This document shows positions 13,226 through 24,122 of a DNA stretch of 64,000 bases, piece by piece; the stretch's first letter is position 1, and the number at the start of each line of letters is the position of its first letter. A model generated the notes under the pieces. It was not told where the DNA came from. It made no database searches and saw only the letters and a list, made by a program, of their open reading frames with translations. The stretch is from the NCBI RefSeq assembly GCF_009914755.1, contig NC_060947.1; one strand, written 5' to 3'. Source of the stretch: the human T2T-CHM13v2.0 reference genome, Homo sapiens. Made by a program: the position numbers and the translations under genes.

Positions 13226-13319
13226 ATGAGCAAGGTGTCTAATTCATTGAATTTTTATTTTTCCCTACATTCTGGAGAACTAGGCAAATACAAGCAGAGA
13301 GCGGTTGTAATTTTGTGCA

Positions 13320-15400
13320 ACAGACACTGACCGGCTTTTTATTTTATCTTTTTATATTTGGGGGAGGGGGGGAATGATTGTACTGGTAAAGTCTCTCAAA
13401 CCTCCAAAGAACAGCTTATTCCAATGCTATAATAAGTTACAGGCATAAAATGATATACTCTCCCAATTTCTTTTATGAAACAGCAAATCTCTCCTGCTAA
13501 AACCGAAACAGAGAACAATAAAACATTTGACCAACGTCATTCATAGACCTAGATGTTCAACTTAAGTACTCAATCAAGTGTCTATGGAACAAAGGATTTT
13601 GAAAAAAATGCTTAGGTATGGCGTTTGTTTCAACTCTGATATAATTCTGTCATCATGTAGTTTTAACCAGTTTATTTCCTGTAAAATGATCATCATTATA
13701 AAAGAAAGTTAATTAAGGCAAACAAAACTTTGCAGTATGCAAATTGAAAGCTAAATCACTGAGAAAGACAAATAGAACTGGAACACAGATACCATGGGCG
13801 GCAGGTTCTCCCTAACCCCACTCTACCCCTCGACTCTTGAAAAGTCAGGACCCCAGCACCCACTGCTGTGGGGCCCTTTTGACTACCCACAGCAAAACAA
13901 AGTGAAGACTCAGCCCCAGCCTTCACTGCTGGCAGGAGGAGTCCCTGACACTAGCCTGAGATTGCAACCACACTGGCACTGTCCCAGGTACTGATACTTG
14001 CTCCAGCCATGGCTCTAGCCCTGGCACTGGCAACTGGCACTTGCATTGGTGCTGGTGCTGATGCTTGCTTCAGCCATGGCATAGGCCCTGGAACTGGAAC
14101 TGGCACTAACACTGGCACTTGTCACGTCACCAACGGCAGCTGCCATCTCGGGCACGGGGTATCTCCTCCTCTTCTCTCAATGCCTCATTTACTGCCACGG
14201 AAAGGAACTGGGGTGGGTGTCATTCACTTTGGCCACAAACTCCGGGACTTCCATCTGTCTTGTTTCCTTTGAGAGCCCCCACAAGAATACCTAGAGCGTG
14301 GGATTGCTGTGGGACACCTATTTGTGCACCAGATACTCCTGCTGCACACTAGCTTTGGTGATGAGCTTCATGGACTCCCCAAAGACGAAATGCTTTTTAG
14401 ACGAAATGTGCCTCCAACACCCTCAACACCTCCCAGACCACCTCCTCGGGGACACAGCTGGCCTGCATGAAGATCGAGTCCAGAGTAATCATCAGGAGCC
14501 GGGTCTTTGGTGTGCCCTGGTCGCCTGTCAGGCCCCAAACCAGGGCAGGATCGATTTTTCTGATCAAGACATAGGAGTGCTCTGCTGGATCAAGTTCCTT
14601 CAGATAGAACCCAAAGACTAACTCGGGGAGGTCAGAGGCTTTCTTGAAAATCTCAGGGAGGAAGCTCCTGTACCTTTTGATGACATACTTCAGCATGTCT
14701 GCCCTTTTGATCGCCACCGTCTTCCGGTTCTTAACCAGCAGGTACTGCACCAGCTCAGCTACTTTCTAGCTCACAGGGCCCCTGGGCATGCGCATCAGGG
14801 ATGTCGGGGGCCGGAGGGGTACTGCGGGGGCGGGGGGCGGCGGGGGCGCGGGGCGGGGCAGACAGTTGCCTAGGGGTTTCTGGGGTCCACAAAGGAACTT
14901 TCAGAAGCACCTGAGCAGGGGCTCCATGCCTCAGAAGAAGTGCTCCCAGGGCTCCGGGGAGCACTTGGTGTCCCCGCTGCAGGCGCCCCCGTGGGGGTTT
15001 CTTGGGCAAGGAGGAGAGGAGCAGGCCACCGGGCCTCTGAGACCCGCAGGCCCTGGGTGTCACCTCTACCGCGGACGTTCTCACCTGCGGCTTTGGCTGG
15101 CCCAGGAAGCAGGAACTCTGGGAAGAGATGCGCGTCCACGGGCATTCGGCGGCCGGAGCGCTGTGTGCCAGGCCGAGAGGACAGTGACGTCGCCGCGGCT
15201 GCTGCGGCGGCTGCTAAGAAGACCCGGAGCCCCAGGGTCTTGAGTCGGAGACCGCCGCCCTCAGACCGGGAGGAGGAGGAGAAGGAGGAGGAGGAGGAGG
15301 AGGAGGAGGAGGAGGAGGAGCAGGAGGAGGAGGAGCAGGAGGAGGAGGAGGAGGAGGAGGAGGAGGAGGAGGAGGAGGAGGAGGAGGAGGAGGAGGAAGA
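13320..15400 (-). ncRNA. Probable non-coding transcript over the MAGE pseudogene (FAM226-type lncRNA); ends approximate
   Basis: CpG-island start and minus-strand AATAAA candidates (+ strand TTTATT at ~13338 and ~13254). Position next to FAM236 matches the recalled FAM226A/B. Transcription cannot be seen in the sequence. Confidence 0.45.
13960..15145 (-). pseudogene. MAGE-family pseudogene (MAGE homology domain with stops and frameshifts)
   Basis: KVAELVQYLLVKNRKTVAIKRADMLKYVI...LVFGFYLKELDP...GDQGTPKTRLLMITLDSIFM...PEEVVWEVL (14397-14766). After a frameshift it continues KHFVFGESMKLITKASVQQEYLVHK*VSHSNPTL*VFLWG...EFVAKVNDTHPSSFPWQ*..EALREEEE, then an Ala/Ser-rich tail. Another frameshift lies at ~14766. 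Confidence 0.92.
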
Positions 15401-15560
15401 AGCGGGAGGGGAGGGGGCTAAGCCTCCGCCGCCCGGGTCTTCCCGGAGCTGTGGGAATGGGCGGGCGCCGCCCCGCAGTGCCTCTTCTGGCAGAAAACAG
15501 TACCGCAGGCTACAGCCTGAGGGATGCGGGGGCGCTGCTCCCAGAGGTGGGGCTGCTCAT
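14750..15560. promoter_or_regulatory. CpG island / promoter
   Basis: Very high GC and CpG density, GGGCGG boxes, TGACGTC CRE-like site at 15185-15191, and a minus-strand donor CAG|GTGAGA at 15085/15084. Confidence 0.85.
15270..15401. repeat. (GAG)n/(CCT)n trinucleotide repeat, ~44 units with AAG/CAG interruptions
   Basis: Visible repeat. Confidence 0.95.
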
Positions 15561-16353
15561 GTGAGGCTTGAAAGAGACCATAAGCCTAAAAGCCAGGCCC
15601 AGTGTAAGCGCTTAATAACTGTTACCTGTTGTTGTGATGAATCCGATCATTCTGGATTATCTTCGTATCCCTCCTTCTCTCCTGTGGAGAAGGCTCCTAA
15701 GAGCGTAGGCATTTCTGTCCAGCGGCTGCCTCTGCAGCTTCCTCTTCAGATCATCTACCTGAAGTTGCTTTGCTCAGTGCCTGGCCTAGAGTAAGCACTT
15801 AGTGAGTTTTCCTTTGCGTTCGTTTCATTATTATAGTGTACATCGCATCTACATTGCTTGCACCCTGTGTGGTCATCTAGATGTGGAGGAAGGACCCGGG
15901 AAACAAGTGACCTCCATGGAGAACTGAAGATGTGTTTCCTTTTCTTTATGATCAGTGGATCTGGGGTGCACAACATCAGTTCTCTTGCGTATTCTTTCTC
16001 TCCTACACAGTCTGGAAAGTTATTGTTAATTGTAATCTAACTTTGCAAACCACCATTCCCATAATGACATCCTCTTCTTGCCTCTCTTACTCTCATGTCA
16101 CTGCGCCTCATCCTTTCTCTACAGAGCGCTCTCTCCCATTTCACCTCTCATCTGCGATTCGGGGACCTTAAATCGACTCCTGCTTTGAGGTCAGCCCCTA
16201 GGAAGCCTGCAAATAAATAGCAAGAAGACTCCTCCACCCTAGCAAGTGCATTCTCTTATTGTATCGTGGTACAACTTAGCATTCCTTTCTTTCATCCTAA
16301 CCTTTCTAGACAGTAACCAGTATAGCCTCCTCACACATAACAAAACGGTCGAC

Positions 16354-16647
16354 GTCGTCGTCGTCGTTGTTGTTGTTGTTGTTATTGCTGCTATTGAGAC
16401 GGAGTCTCGCTCTTGTCACCCAGGCTGGAGTGCAGTGGTGCGATCTTGGCTCACTGCAACCTCCGCCTCCTGGGTTCAAGCTTCTCCTGCCTCAGCCTCC
16501 TGAGTAGCTGGGATTACAGGCGCCCGCCACCACGCCCGGCTAATATTTGTACTTTTAGTAGAGACGGGGTTTTGCCATGTTGGCCACGCTGGTCTTGAAC
16601 TCCTGACCTCAGGCCCGCCCTCATCGGCCTCCCAAAGTGCTGGGATT
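16354..16647 (-). mobile_element. AluS, 5'-truncated, tail converted to (GTC)n(GTT)n
   Basis: Alu body tgagacggagtctcgctc...gctgggatt, with TSD acggtcgac at 16345-16353 and 16648-16656. Confidence 0.9.
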
Positions 16648-16659
16648 ACGGTCGACTTT

Positions 16660-17600
16660 TATACAGCAATTGTTATACCTCGAAATAACACGTACTAAAT
16701 TTCCATATAATGTCCACGCTTGCACTTCAAATTTCTTCCATTGATCTAAATTCTGTTGTTGCTAATTCTGCTATAAAGATTTAGAAATTGTTTTTGTGTG
16801 AGTAGAACTAACTCCCCCCTCACTATTCTTCTTTTACAAAATTTCTTCAAAATATTTTGGAAAATGTCGTCATCTGTAAGAACTTCAAAATCAAAGTTTT
16901 CAAGTTAAAAAAAATTCCCTGGCTTGAATTTTAACTAGAATTTCTTAGGACTTATAGTTTACTATGAGAATAATTAACATCTCATTAACATGAGAAGATG
17001 GAGGGTCCTCAGCCACAAAATATAGCATGTTCTTCATGTTCTTCCATTGATTCTGCTCTTTAATCAGGGTACTTCAATCACCTTTTAGTTTGCTTTATAT
17101 AGCTTTTGCATAATTCTTAAGTTTGTCCATGGCAGTCTTTTTAGTTTCATTGCTGCTATGAATTGTGTATTTCCCATTATGTCTTCTAATTACTTATTTC
17201 TGACATATAGGAAGCCTACTGGTTTTGTATACTTTGGGGCATACGGCCATCTTAATATCCCCTCTCCTTAATTAGAATGCTTTTTCAGTGGATTCTCGCG
17301 CGTTTTCTAGGTAGGCAATCACAGTCTCTGCATATTATTAATACAGTATTCATTTTCCCTTTTCTTATTACATTGACTAGGACCGTGGTACCCTGTTAGC
17401 TAATAGCGGTGATGTGAAACTTTTTTGTTGTCCTTGTTCCCACTCTTAACGGGAAGGACTCCGTTCATTTGGGGCTAAATATGTTGTTGGTTTTGGATAC
17501 CGATTGTGACATTTATCAACGTGTTGTCTGTCAGGTCCAAGTTACTCCTTCTTTGCCCTGCTTTGTCACACTAGAGATGATCCTTGTGAGTCTTTCTCCT
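16660..17600 (-). mobile_element. Old L1M fragments
   Basis: AT-rich degenerate antisense L1 ORF2 motifs (ttttctaggtaggcaatcacagtctctgca, attgactaggacc). Confidence 0.5.
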
Positions 17601-18468
17601 ATGCCAGCTAACAGAATGTTAGGCTCTGGCCATAGAGAGCACTGGGGGTGACCCTACGAATCCCAGCAGGAAAATTCGTCCCTCCTGCTAGTAGCAGTCT
17701 CCCGTTTGATGATATTCACTGAAGGAGGTCAGAGACCAGTGCAGACAAGCTCCAGCTGCACCTCCAGACCATGATTTCCCCACTATCAGTTGCCTCTGAG
17801 CAGCTCCAGCCTTCCCATGCACCACCACCACCCACCACCTTCCTGCCTTGGTGGTCTCTTCTACAGACCAGCAAAGGCCCACACTCTCTGGTAAGTTTCG
17901 ACACCACTGGCAGGCTGCAAGTTCTTTTGGCAGCTACATCCTCTTCAAAGAGGTCTGATTCTCAGCTCGGGAGGAACGGTGAACTCTCCTACTCCTTTAT
18001 TGCCTGCTATTCCTCATCCTAGAGGTAGTAGCTGCTCTTTTGCAACTGCTACTCCTGGACCCCTTAAAGTTCTCTTTTGTGCCTTTTAGGAGGTAACCCC
18101 CTTCTACCACTTAGCCATGTTTTCTACTCACTGTGCTCTGTCCAAATAACCTGCACGGTTTCCGTCTCCTGGTTGGGCCCCGACTCACATACCACTTATC
18201 AACCTGGAGATGTTTCCCTCTAAACCAAACTTTCTAGCAGGCTTTCTTTTCTTCTTCACCTTCGCCGCCGACTCCTCCTCCTCCTCCTTCATCTTCTTCC
18301 TCTTCTTCTTCTTGTTTGCAAATGTACTTTAAATTTCATCAAACGTCTTGTCATTATCGATCAAATTATTCACATGGTTTTGCTTCCATAAGGGCTTTTT
18401 ATATTTAAAGAAGCCTGGAAAAATGCAGACAACACAAACAAGAGATATGCATTAGAAATCATTGCAAT

Positions 18469-18783
<315 letters not shown>

Positions 18784-19408
18784 AGAAATCATTGCAACAC
18801 ACAGTAGTGGGAATCATACAGATTTCTTTAAAACTGTCCTTGGTGAGTCTTTGGCTGCAGACTCTCATTAAGATACTGTAAGTACTATAGAATCCTCTCT
18901 ACATTGCCCGCTGAACCCAACTGCTGGCCATGTGGAGGGTTTTAGCCTGTGAGGTGAAGGAGAGCTCTGTTCCCTGGAACGCTCCCCACTGTAGTATTTG
19001 TTCACAACTGTTCTCTGTTCTCCCCACGACAAAGTCACCCAACCTCCTCAAAAAGCTATCCAATCCACTACTCTGTCCACAGACAGACCTGAGAGGGCCT
19101 CTGCAGGCCAAGGAAAGGGGAAAAGCCAAGGCCAAAATGCTTTACACTTTTGAAGAGGGGCCACCAGAGGATGACCCAAGCTGAGAGCAGTGTGCTTGCT
19201 AGGCATACTCAGGCTGAGTGACGCATTCAAGCTTCCTTCTCCTCATGCTCTCTCTCTGCTTCTCTCTGCAGCAGCATAGGCCTATGCCCTGCCTCCCTTT
19301 ACCGCCCCACACACTGCTCACACTGGCCCGCTCTAAAAAAGTAAAGAAAAGGTAGAAAACGGGCAAAACTTATGGACCTACTCCCCAGAGTCAGAAATTC
19401 AGATGGCC

Positions 19409-19475
19409 AACAAACCTGCATGTTGTGCACATGTACCCCAGAACTTATAGTATAATAATAAAAAAAAAAAAAAAC
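19409..19475 (+). mobile_element. Very short L1PA 3' end with polyA
   Basis: aacaaacctgcatgttgtgcacatgtacccc-agaactta-agtataataat(A)n. Confidence 0.85.
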
Positions 19476-19485
19476 AAAATCTTCA

Positions 19486-19696
19486 GGCCGGGCACAGTGG
19501 CTCACAACTGTAACCCCAGCACTTTGGGAGGCTGAGGAGGGCAGATCTCTTGGGGTCAGGAGTTCGAGACCAGCCTGGCCAACAGGGTGAAACCCTGCCT
19601 TGACTGAAAATACAAAAATTAGTCAGGCGTGGTGGTGCGCGCCTGTAATCCCAGCCACTCAGGGGGCTGAGGCAGGGGAATCGAAAAAAAAAAAAA
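19486..19696 (+). mobile_element. AluS with truncated right arm
   Basis: Alu from ggccgggcacag to gaggcaggggaatcg, followed directly by A13. Confidence 0.88.
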
Positions 19697-19904
19697 TTCT
19701 TTGATCCCACCAACAATCAGGGAAATACTCATAAAACGACAAAGAGATACAATTATTTACCCAACATACAGCAAATCCATTTTTAAGTAGATTCATATCA
19801 AATATGGCAAAACACAATTGTAAAGACTGTCAATCAGCTGTAAAATTTTAAATGCGTATACACTCAACAACAAAAATTCACTTATAGGTATTCATCCTTC
19901 ATAT

Positions 19905-20094
19905 TGGTACCAAATAAAATAATGGACTCCCAGTTAAGCTTGAATTTCAGATCCACAGCAAATACTTTTTTAGTGTAAGTGTGTCCTGTATGCAATATTT
20001 GAGGCATTCTTACACTAAAACACTTACTAAATGCTAAGAAATTCAAATGTAACTGGGTTTCCTGTACTTTTATTTGCTAACTCTGGCAACCCTA
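19905..20094. mobile_element. MER53-like palindromic hAT MITE
   Basis: cccagttaagcttgaatttcagat...aaattcaaatgtaactggg...tctggcaacccta inverted-repeat structure. Confidence 0.75.
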
Positions 20095-20465
20095 ATCCTA
20101 GAGAACCACCCAATCCTATGCACAAGGAGATGTGTGCAAGAATTGTCATTGCTGTCTTGTATATAATGGTTACCAAAATTGAAAATAACAGAAATATTCA
20201 TCAATAAGAGAATGCTTTTAAAAACTACACTGTGACTAACTACCATGTGTAAGTTGAAAGATTAAGGAAGATTTACAGGTATGACGTGAAAAAACATCTA
20301 TTCTTGAGTTTTAAAATGTTGAGGAACAATATATAGGATTGTCATCATTTAGTCAGACAAAGCAAAACTCAATCATACATTTCTGTGGGTAAAAATACAC
20401 TAGTGTAAAAGCATAGAACAGGTCTAAAAGGATACGCATCAACCTTTTAAGTGTGGTCACCTTTG

Positions 20466-20643
20466 CTACGCTTATTTTTTTTTTTTGTCTTTTGTTTTTT
20501 GTTTTTTGTTTTTTTCCTTTTTCTGGAGAATGGGGTCTCGCTATATTGCCCAGGCAGGTCTCGAACTCCTGGGCTCAAGCTATCCTCCCGCCTCTTGCCT
20601 CCCTGAGAGCTGGGATTACAGGCGTGAGCCACCGCGCCCGGCC
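20466..20643 (-). pseudogene. BC200 (BCYRN1) RNA retropseudogene
   Basis: The minus strand reads GGCCGGGCGCGG...CCCAGCTCTCAGGGAGGCAAGAGGCGGGAGGATAGCTTGAGCCCAGG...ACCTGCCTGGGCAATATAGCGAGACCCCATTCTCCAGAAAAAGGAAAA...CAAAAGACAAAAAAAAAAAATAAGCGTA, with BC200-diagnostic positions. 18-bp TSD taag(t/a)gtggtcacctttg at 20448-20465 and 20644-20661. Confidence 0.9.
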
Positions 20644-21329
20644 TAAGAGTGGTCACCTTTGGAGTGGGGCTTTCTATTTGGGGGGTTGGAAGTACGTACT
20701 TTCTATCAAATGTCCATCATTGCAACACTGACTTGCAGTGCCAACAAATGTTAAACTTATCAAATTCCCTACATGCAAAGGTCTGTCTCTGGGTTTTGTG
20801 TTCTTTTCTGTTGACCTATTTATCTCAAGAGCCAGCACAACACTGTTCTAATTAGGATATCTTTATCATACACATAATTTACATCATGGCAAGTTCCCCT
20901 CTGAGTTCTTACTATTCAGAAATGCGTAAGATTAGCTGCATGTCCTATTCTGTTCCGTCCATAAGAAAATTCTCAACTGGCAAGTTCAGTTTGACCCTGG
21001 TCAGGAAACAAGGGTCACCCATATAGTTCCATCCCAGCTCTGTTCATTGAAGCTTCCAAATAGATCTCAGGCTGTTGGGCTATGGGTTGTTCATATATGG
21101 CCTAATAACACAGCGTGAGTAAGTCTTAATGCAAAATAATTACAGTAAATGTAATTGTGAATCTGCTACATTCACCAATTAAAAGAGACCCTCAGGTTGG
21201 ATTTTTAAAATGAGAACCAAGAAACACGTTTACATCAAAAAAATAAAAAATAAAAATAAAAAACAGAAAGATTGAGAACAAAAGTGTGGAAAACAATATA
21301 AAACAAAAAGAAAGTTGGGGTAGCAATTT

Positions 21330-21785
21330 TTTTTTGTTTTATTCCTTTTCTTATACTGGCAGCACTTTAAATTGGGAGCATAAATTACATGCACAAAAAT
21401 GCACAAATCCAAATGGTTAAGTATAGAGATGGCTGATTTTTGTCCAATGCATTCACTTTGGTAACTGTCACACAGATCAGAATAGAGACGACTTCAATCG
21501 CCCCAGAAAGTTCCCTTGCGTTGCTTCGCAGTCAGTCAGTATCCACCCATCCCTCCAGCGGCAACCCCTTTTCTGATTTCTATCACCGCAGATTAATTTT
21601 GCCTCTTCCGCAACTTTATAGAAACTGAGCCACAGTGCTCATTTTTTTCAGGCTTCTTTTGCTCAACTTAACGTTTTTTGAGATTCATCCTTGTTGTTGT
21701 GTGCATTGACAGTCTGTTAGTTTTTATTGCTGAGTAGTATTCCATTGTACGAGTACATCACAGTGTGTTTATTCTCCTATTGACG
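21330..21785 (-). mobile_element. Old L1M 3'UTR fragment
   Basis: tttgagattcatccttgttgttgtgtgcat...ttttattgctgagtagtattccattgt. Confidence 0.7.
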
Positions 21786-21789
21786 GTGG

Positions 21790-24106
21790 TACAGCCCGAT
21801 GACCTGGCTAGCTGCCAGGTCTGCTGCTCCCCTCCTTTTAAAGGTATCAGTGTCAACACACTCCACACCAGAGCCAGCAATTATCTCAAGTATTTCAAAG
21901 GTGTATTAGTCACCCGGGGGTAGTTAAAGTGAGGGGCGTCCCCGAGGAAGGGAGAGGGAGGTGTGGGGGAGGGAGTGGAGCACCTGGAAATATATACAGG
22001 ATAAGGAGCCCCCCTGTAGGAGTTTTTAATAGTGTCGGGGGAGGGGGAATGGACCAATTTCTGACAGCCCACAGAGTGCAGGGGCGGCTGAGGAGTGAGT
22101 GGAGTGAGGAAGAGCAGTGTTAGCAATGTGCAGGCGAGATTTCTAAGAGTGAGCTTAGCAGGCGGGAGTTATCTAGGAGACTGGCACATGCCACTCTCAG
22201 GTTTACCTGGAGGTTCCTTTATTATGTGGGGTATTATGTCTGCTTATGCTGTGTGGGCATAGGCAAACAAATAGGAGCACATGCATTTGGATAGGTGCCT
22301 GACCTGCAATCATGGGCCTGGGACCAGACCTGATACATCAGCATCCCCTTGATCTGGACCTGGACAGCATAGAGGGAAACCCACGGCCTTAAAACGATAA
22401 CGTTTGCTATGGATGGCTTTATGGGTTTGTTTCATGAGCTTTGGGTCAGCAAATAAGAGGGGGGGGTCTGTTCCTGGGGGCAGGAAGCAGGCCTGGCATT
22501 GTGTGAGGTCCAGCCTTTGGGATGTAACTTCAGCTATGTATACACACAGATTATCACAGGGGGTAGGTAGCCTCAAGCAGTAGCCTTGCCTCAGGAGGCA
22601 CACGGGGACAAGGTTTTAGCCTTAGTGGAAATGGGCTTTGTTCTCCTAGGGTGGGTATGGAAACTCTAGTGAGGCTGGTCTTAAAAGTGTGGTTTTATGC
22701 ACACAATGAGGAGGATGGGGAAGGAGAGGGTTATAACCCAGGAGTCTAGAAGGTGGTGGTTGTTTGGACTGTGGTCATCCTTTGAGATACTTTGGTTGGC
22801 TGGGCTGTAGTCATCATCCAGGATGTGGCGATGGCCTCCCAGGGCCAGTATGACTCTTGAGCCAAATCCAGGACTTGGAGGCACAGGTCAAGGTCAGAAA
22901 GTCTATCATCATAACTACGCTAAAGGTAGCTCCAGGGAGCACAACCAGTGTAGGACCACATTATTTTTTATTCATCCTGATGGCTGGTCTGGATACTGTT
23001 CATATGCCTAGTCAATGGTTTTGCAGAGGACTAGTTGTACACTACGGATAGAGATGACACTGTGGGTGCAATACTGCCTTGGTAGCCTGGCATTGAGTAG
23101 GGGAAACTGTGTCCCAGATCCAAGCCACCAGCCATATCAGGCATAGCTAGGCCAGTGATAGCCATCGTTCTCTCCTTTCTGCAAGATCTACATGGTGGTA
23201 GGCATGGGTCTATAGGCCAACACTTTTATTTCCTGTTGGGAAGGGCCTGTAATTAGCTAACCTTTAAATCCATCATAACTGTGGAAAGCCTTAGAAAGTG
23301 GTAGTGCCTGCTTTCCAGAAAAAGTAGAAAAGTCATGTTGGATATTTCACTGTTCCATCTATGGCCAGAGGATCCCAGTGTATTATCCTGCCTTGGGTCC
23401 AGGTGTCAACTCTTTGTGGATTGCATTTGGGTAAAAAAAAAAAAAAAAAAGGACACAGAAATGCAGTATGGAGGTTGTGCTCAGGAAATGGGAATCAGAG
23501 TTGGGAATCCATGACTTGGAGTCCAAATATATTCATATATTTGTGGGGATTGACAAATTTCACCCATATGGAAAGTATTACTGGGGTCCATTTGGCTCCA
23601 ATAATTAACACAACCGTGTTTAGTTTGACCCATCCTGTTGTCCTTTGAGTCAGGGCATCAGTGCAAATGATCAGGCTGGCGAATTTGATGGGTGCTATGA
23701 CCATGGTAAAAATCACACAGAATAATGGTCTCAATGGTGAGGGCTGGCAGGGGGTGGCATACCCTTGCTTCTATAGCCTATAATCCACCTTGGTGAAAAA
23801 GAATCCTCTGCTTGAATTTGGAAGGATCCCCAGGAATCCAAGTGACCAGAGAACCTGTGTTGAGTAAGGCCAGAAAGTGTTGAGTATTATGAGGGAACCA
23901 ATGGACCACCAGGGTTGTATATGGCCATATGACCCTGGAGGGTGGCACCAAAGATGGCCAAGTCTCTATTATATGGAGCTATCGATTCCATTGACAAAGA
24001 TTGGGGAAAGTAGAGAGGCCATTTAGTGGGAGAGCCATAGAAAATCAATGGCCCAGCATTTGACCCAGAAAAGGATACTTGTGGGCCATTTAAATGGCCC
24101 ATTATT
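21790..24106 (-). mobile_element. ERVL (class III) LTR/internal remnant, continuing at 26252-26420
   Basis: Minus strand 23824-23880 encodes TFLALLNTGSLVTWIPGDP, a degenerate retroviral protease ALLDTG motif. Flanking sequence is interrupted by an L1 with a TSD. Confidence 0.6.
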
Positions 24107-24122
24107 AGACGTCCTATAGTTC

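Noticed and set aside
14397-14750. 117-aa MAGE ORF as a functional gene
   Set aside because: Non-ATG start, bounded by frameshifts, and the downstream half of the domain has several stops.
14940-15794. 284-aa + strand ORF with a poly-Glu tract
   Set aside because: GTG start, low complexity, and openness explained by the GC-rich island plus the GAG repeat. No recognisable domain, and it is antisense to the MAGE relic.
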